Under the pieces are notes generated by a model. The model made no database searches. It had not been told where the DNA came from and saw only the letters and a list, made by a program, of their open reading frames with translations. This document shows positions 60,698-64,000 of a stretch of 64,000 nucleotides of DNA, in pieces; position 1 is the stretch's first letter, and each line of letters starts with the position of its first letter. The DNA comes from an uncultured Oscillospiraceae bacterium (GTDB lineage: Bacteria > Bacillota > Clostridia > Oscillospirales > Ruminococcaceae): the NCBI GenBank assembly GCA_934438055.1, contig CAKSAY010000004.1:3351-67350 (forward strand), in the 5' to 3' direction. Position numbers and translations under genes: made by a program.

Positions 60698-61722
60698 TAC
60701 ACAGAAATGCCGAGCATAGCTGTGCCCGCTATGAGAATGAGAACAAAAACAATCCCCCAAGTGTAAAGCAAATAACGAACACGGATCGTATTTTTAACCA
60801 TGAGCATCATTGGAATGGAGAAGAATGCCAAAGATGCAGCCAAAGAAAACAGAATGCCAAAGGAAACATGCAAATTAATAAGCGTGGAAAGGACGGGTAC
60901 AACCGAAATAATATCCGTATGCAGCACAAGGCCAATCACAGCGGCGAGAAAAACGCCAAGGAAGCCCAAAGATGAAATTTTGGAAGCGAAGTCTAAGTCC
61001 ACTACACTAATAATTAGAGCCGATAAAGCAACGCCTAATAGAATCCACAACCACTGGTGCTTAAAAGTGTGCATCGTCTCATGTAAAGCACATGCAAGGC
61101 GATCAGAGAATTTTAGATTTTTATTGACTTCAATAGAAGATGTTTCAATTTCAGCTTTAATATATTTCTCACCATGAAAAATGGAGAGAACAAAGCCGGT
61201 AATAACCGCAATCAATATGCTTGCAACAACAAACGCGAGCGTAAACCGCCAGTCTGTCAAAGCCGCCATGGAAATCAACGATGCAATGTTAATCAAAGAA
61301 GAGGAGAGGAGAAACACCATTCCAAGATGAAGGGGGACGCCAAAAGCGAGAAAACCAAAAAACAGCGGAACATTCGTACAAACGCAAGTGGAGGAAAACA
61401 GCCCTGCCACAGCTGCTAAAAAAATCGCGCCAAAACGATTGACATGCAAAAGTGTGTAACGCACAGATTGCGCTGAAATATAGGTCTTCAAAAAAGATAC
61501 GATAATCAAAACAACAAAGAACACCAAAAAAGTACGAATAAGATCGTAAGTAAAATGGGAAAGAAATTCAGAAAGCGAACTTCCCTCCTCCAAATGAAAA
61601 AGCCAACAATAAAAAGTTTCTATTAATTCCTGCATAGGTCCATGGCTATGGGTTGCGTGATCCGCTACTGACATTAAAAACTGCAATTGCATTCTGTTCT
61701 TCCCTCTTCCTTTTTTCAACAA
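60697..61722 (-). CDS. DUF318-type permease (ArsP-like predicted permease)
   Basis: Polytopic ~320-aa protein with the SSTCVCTNVPLF cysteine motif. Exact start among several Met codons is uncertain. Confidence 0.65.
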   Translation of the reverse strand: MLKKGRGKNRMQLQFLMSVADHATHSHGPMQELIETFYCWLFHLEEGSSLSEFLSHFTYDLIRTFLVFFVVLIIVSFLKTYISAQSVRYTLLHVNRFGAIFLAAVAGLFSSTCVCTNVPLFFGFLAFGVPLHLGMVFLLSSSLINIASLISMAALTDWRFTLAFVVASILIAVITGFVLSIFHGEKYIKAEIETSSIEVNKNLKFSDRLACALHETMHTFKHQWLWILLGVALSALIISVVDLDFASKISSLGFLGVFLAAVIGLVLHTDIISVVPVLSTLINLHVSFGILFSLAASLAFFSIPMMLMVKNTIRVRYLLYTWGIVFVLILIAGTAMLGISV

Positions 61723-62358
61723 GATATGACCAAATAGTCATCCTTGCTTGCATCCTACTAAAAAATCCGACTAAACCGTTCGCCTGCATAAACAGCCAAA
61801 CTCTATTAAAATCGCAGGCAATAAGTCAACTCCTTTGCTTTGCAAGACTTTACAAACATGTATGTTTATAAAAATTCTTTTAAATTACATCTTAATATTA
61901 TACATGATAAAACATTCTTTTTCAACTAAAGAATAGCAAAATTTGTAACTCCAGAGAACAAATGTATAGACTTTTGTTGTAATTTCGTCTATAATATAGG
62001 TATTCTGTCCACTAACCTTTACGCCCTATTCACTACCATCTTGAGTAGAAAACAATATCGTAATTGAGAGCCATAAAATACAAGCAAAGTTTTGCAGGCA
62101 AAAAAATCACAAAAAGAGGAAATTACAGATGGATGGCTTGCACAAAAAACTGCAAAACAGCATTAGATGCACCAATAGCTTTCTGCACTGCATAATGAAA
62201 GGGAATTCAGCAACTCTTTCAAAACCACAAAAAATGTTTTAAAACAACCCGGCCATTTAGCGTCCTATGCAAAGACACAATCAATGGTTCTAAGATGGTG
62301 TAACGCTTATAATTGAACACAAAACAAGCTATATGATAACATAGAAAAGAGGAATAAA

Positions 62359-62787
62359 ATGAAAATTATGGCTGTTGATCTCGGCGAAGCAAGAACAGGT
62401 ATTGCAATATGTGATAAAACAGAGTTTCTAGCCTCTCCGGTAGGGGTGATTCATGATAAAGAGCCTGACAGCATTCTACAAAAGGTTGTTGCTGCAACCA
62501 AAGAATATGATGTGAAAATGGTTGTAATAGGTCATCCTGTAAATATGGATGGAACCTGTGGGGAGCGCGCGCAGTTATGCGAACAATTCTCCAAAAAATT
62601 GGCCGAAGAAATTTCTATTCCCGTTAGATTATGGGATGAACGGCAAAGCACGCTAGAAGCGACCAAATATCTTAATGAGACTAACACAAGAGGAAAAAAA
62701 AGAAAAAAGGTTATTGACCAAGTAGCCGCTACGATTATCCTGGAAAGCTTTATGACCTATCGTAAAAACAACCCTGAGGAACAATAA
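62359..62787 (+). CDS. ruvX: Holliday junction resolvase-like RuvX (YqgF)
   Basis: MKIMAVDLGEARTGIAICD N-terminus, 142 aa. Confidence 0.9.
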   Translation: MKIMAVDLGEARTGIAICDKTEFLASPVGVIHDKEPDSILQKVVAATKEYDVKMVVIGHPVNMDGTCGERAQLCEQFSKKLAEEISIPVRLWDERQSTLEATKYLNETNTRGKKRKKVIDQVAATIILESFMTYRKNNPEEQ

Positions 62788-62893
62788 AATAGAGTTGCTT
62801 ATATTCCATATTTTTGGAGAGCTCAAAGCAACAAATTGTTATGGAAAAATAATCAAACTTGCAGCTTCTCGCTGCAAAAAGTGCCATAAAAAC

Positions 62894-62926
62894 AAAAAGT
62901 CCTGTATTCATGCAGGACTTTTTTTA
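62894..62926. terminator. bidirectional terminator between ruvX and the convergent lipoprotein gene
   Basis: AAAAAGTCCTG / CAGGACTTTTTTT hairpin. Confidence 0.7.
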
Positions 62927-62934
62927 TTAACAGA

Positions 62935-63357
62935 TTATTGCACATCTGCATTAGGAGCGCCAGTATCAGGATTTGTGCTAAGAGTAACTTCAATGCCCAT
63001 AGAGAGGTCAACATTTTCATAAATCACTTTGTTGCCGTCTGTGTCTTTTGTTTGAATGTCGAATACCGTATTCTCCATGTCTTGAGAATAGAAATCTACC
63101 GGACAGGTGTCCTCCGGCTCTACTGTGTCTTGTGGAAGCACATTATCAGTCCAATTTTCGGTGTCAGCAGGAGCAACTGTTAGCTGATTGATTGTCGTCC
63201 CTGTTTTATTAATTAAAATAAAGTTCTGTGGAATGCCCTCTTCAGCCATATCTACAGAAGATGAAGATGAACCGGTTGTATTGCTGCTACATGCAGTCAA
63301 GAAAGCTAAGCACATTACCCCAGATAAAGCCAACGCTAAAATTCTTGTCTTTTTCAC
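62935..63357 (-). CDS. putative lipoprotein
   Basis: MKKTRILALALSGVMCLAFLTACSS lipobox followed by a Ser/Thr-rich linker. Confidence 0.75.
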   Translation of the reverse strand: MKKTRILALALSGVMCLAFLTACSSNTTGSSSSSVDMAEEGIPQNFILINKTGTTINQLTVAPADTENWTDNVLPQDTVEPEDTCPVDFYSQDMENTVFDIQTKDTDGNKVIYENVDLSMGIEVTLSTNPDTGAPNADVQ

Positions 63358-63569
63358 TTTTATTCTCTCCTTTATTAAAGATAAATATCATTATAATATT
63401 AGTCAGCTGAAATTACAAGTGTTTTTTTCAAATTTATCCAACCGTCTTACCTAAAAAGATGCACAAACAAAGAAAATAGAACAAAAATTGACGGGAATTT
63501 AGATAAAAAACAGTCGGTCAAAAAGCCATAAAATCTTAGAAAATCCATGTTAAGGCTAAATAGTCGCAA

Positions 63570-64000
63570 CTATTCTTTGAGCAAACATTTATAAATCTCT
63601 GCCTTTCGAAAGCCGCTTAGCGCCGCCGCCTGTTTTGCAGCTTCCGTTCCCCGCAGTCCACTCTCCATAAAATCACGCGCCATCTCAACAGCTTGCTGCA
63701 AAGTCATTTCTTCCTGAAGCTCCTGTGCGCCCTCTACAACCAAAACAAACTCTCCTTTAGGGGTATTCTGCGCATACCAACGCACAGCTTTTTCTAATGT
63801 TGTGCGGTTGACGTTTTCATGAAATTTTGTTAATTCCTTAATAAGAGAAATCCTGCGGTTTCCAAACGCCTGAAACAAATCCTGCAAAGTGGTCAACAGC
63901 TTGTGCGGCGCCTCATAAAAAATAATGGTTGCCGTCTCTTTCTTTAAAGAAGCAAGTCGTTCCAGCCGATTTTTGCGCGTCGTGCTCAAAAAACCCTCAA
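63570..64000 (-). CDS. rsmI: 16S rRNA (cytidine1402-2'-O)-methyltransferase RsmI, C-terminal part; gene continues beyond the window
   Basis: EGFLSTTRKNRLERL...TIIFYEAPHKL motifs. The reading frame stays open to position 64000, and the track Met at 63989 is an internal TTG. Confidence 0.85.
   Translation of the reverse strand, partial: EGFLSTTRKNRLERLASLKKETATIIFYEAPHKLLTTLQDLFQAFGNRRISLIKELTKFHENVNRTTLEKAVRWYAQNTPKGEFVLVVEGAQELQEEMTLQQAVEMARDFMESGLRGTEAAKQAAALSGFRKAEIYKCLLKE

Noticed and set aside
62795-63022. 75-aa ORF downstream of ruvX
   Set aside because: It spans the bidirectional terminator hairpin and runs antisense into the lipoprotein gene. It has no RBS.

Overview
This is a 64-kb chromosomal window from a low-GC Firmicute (Clostridia). 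The backbone is about 42-45% GC. Spore photoproduct lyase indicates a spore-former, and a dockerin-bearing secreted peptidase suggests a Ruminococcus/Oscillospiraceae-like organism. All calls come from reading the sequence and recognising motifs; no database search was possible.

Most of the window is conserved housekeeping:
- glyQS and a stand-alone tRNA-Pro(CGG)
- tcdA, tspO and splB
- a glycerol-3-phosphate-dehydrogenase-like FAD oxidoreductase trio
- hrcA-grpE-dnaK-dnaJ with a CIRCE operator, and tex
- an ABC/GldG/DUF4340 operon
- RNase J, then gdpP-rplI-dnaB and tilS-hpt-ftsH
- tadA, birA, cca, ruvX and rsmI (partial)

The accessory part is a roughly 7.2-kb island (16985-24148). It sits between convergent core genes and is bracketed by a spaced 16+9-nt inverted repeat. 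Its mobility and regulatory genes are all inactivated by single-base insertions or nonsense codons: a large serine recombinase, a TnpW-like gene, a Tn916 Orf7-like sigma factor and an Orf8-like HTH gene. A vat streptogramin acetyltransferase is also inactivated.

Three cargo units stay intact: an Ntn (choloylglycine-family) hydrolase, a CD3324-family protein, and a very AT-rich (~28% GC) two-gene operon. That operon (17195-18728) encodes a 325-aa soluble protein with no motif I can recognise, plus a 178-aa 4-5 TM protein. It has its own promoter and terminator. It is my best candidate for an undescribed anti-phage or abortive-infection type system.

Other notable points:
- Two heavily decayed chromosomal pseudogenes: a GLUG-motif surface protein and glpF.
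- Two candidate structured leaders, upstream of tcdA and upstream of the ABC operon.
- glyQS has no room for a T-box leader.
- Several gene-free stretches of 600-850 bp.
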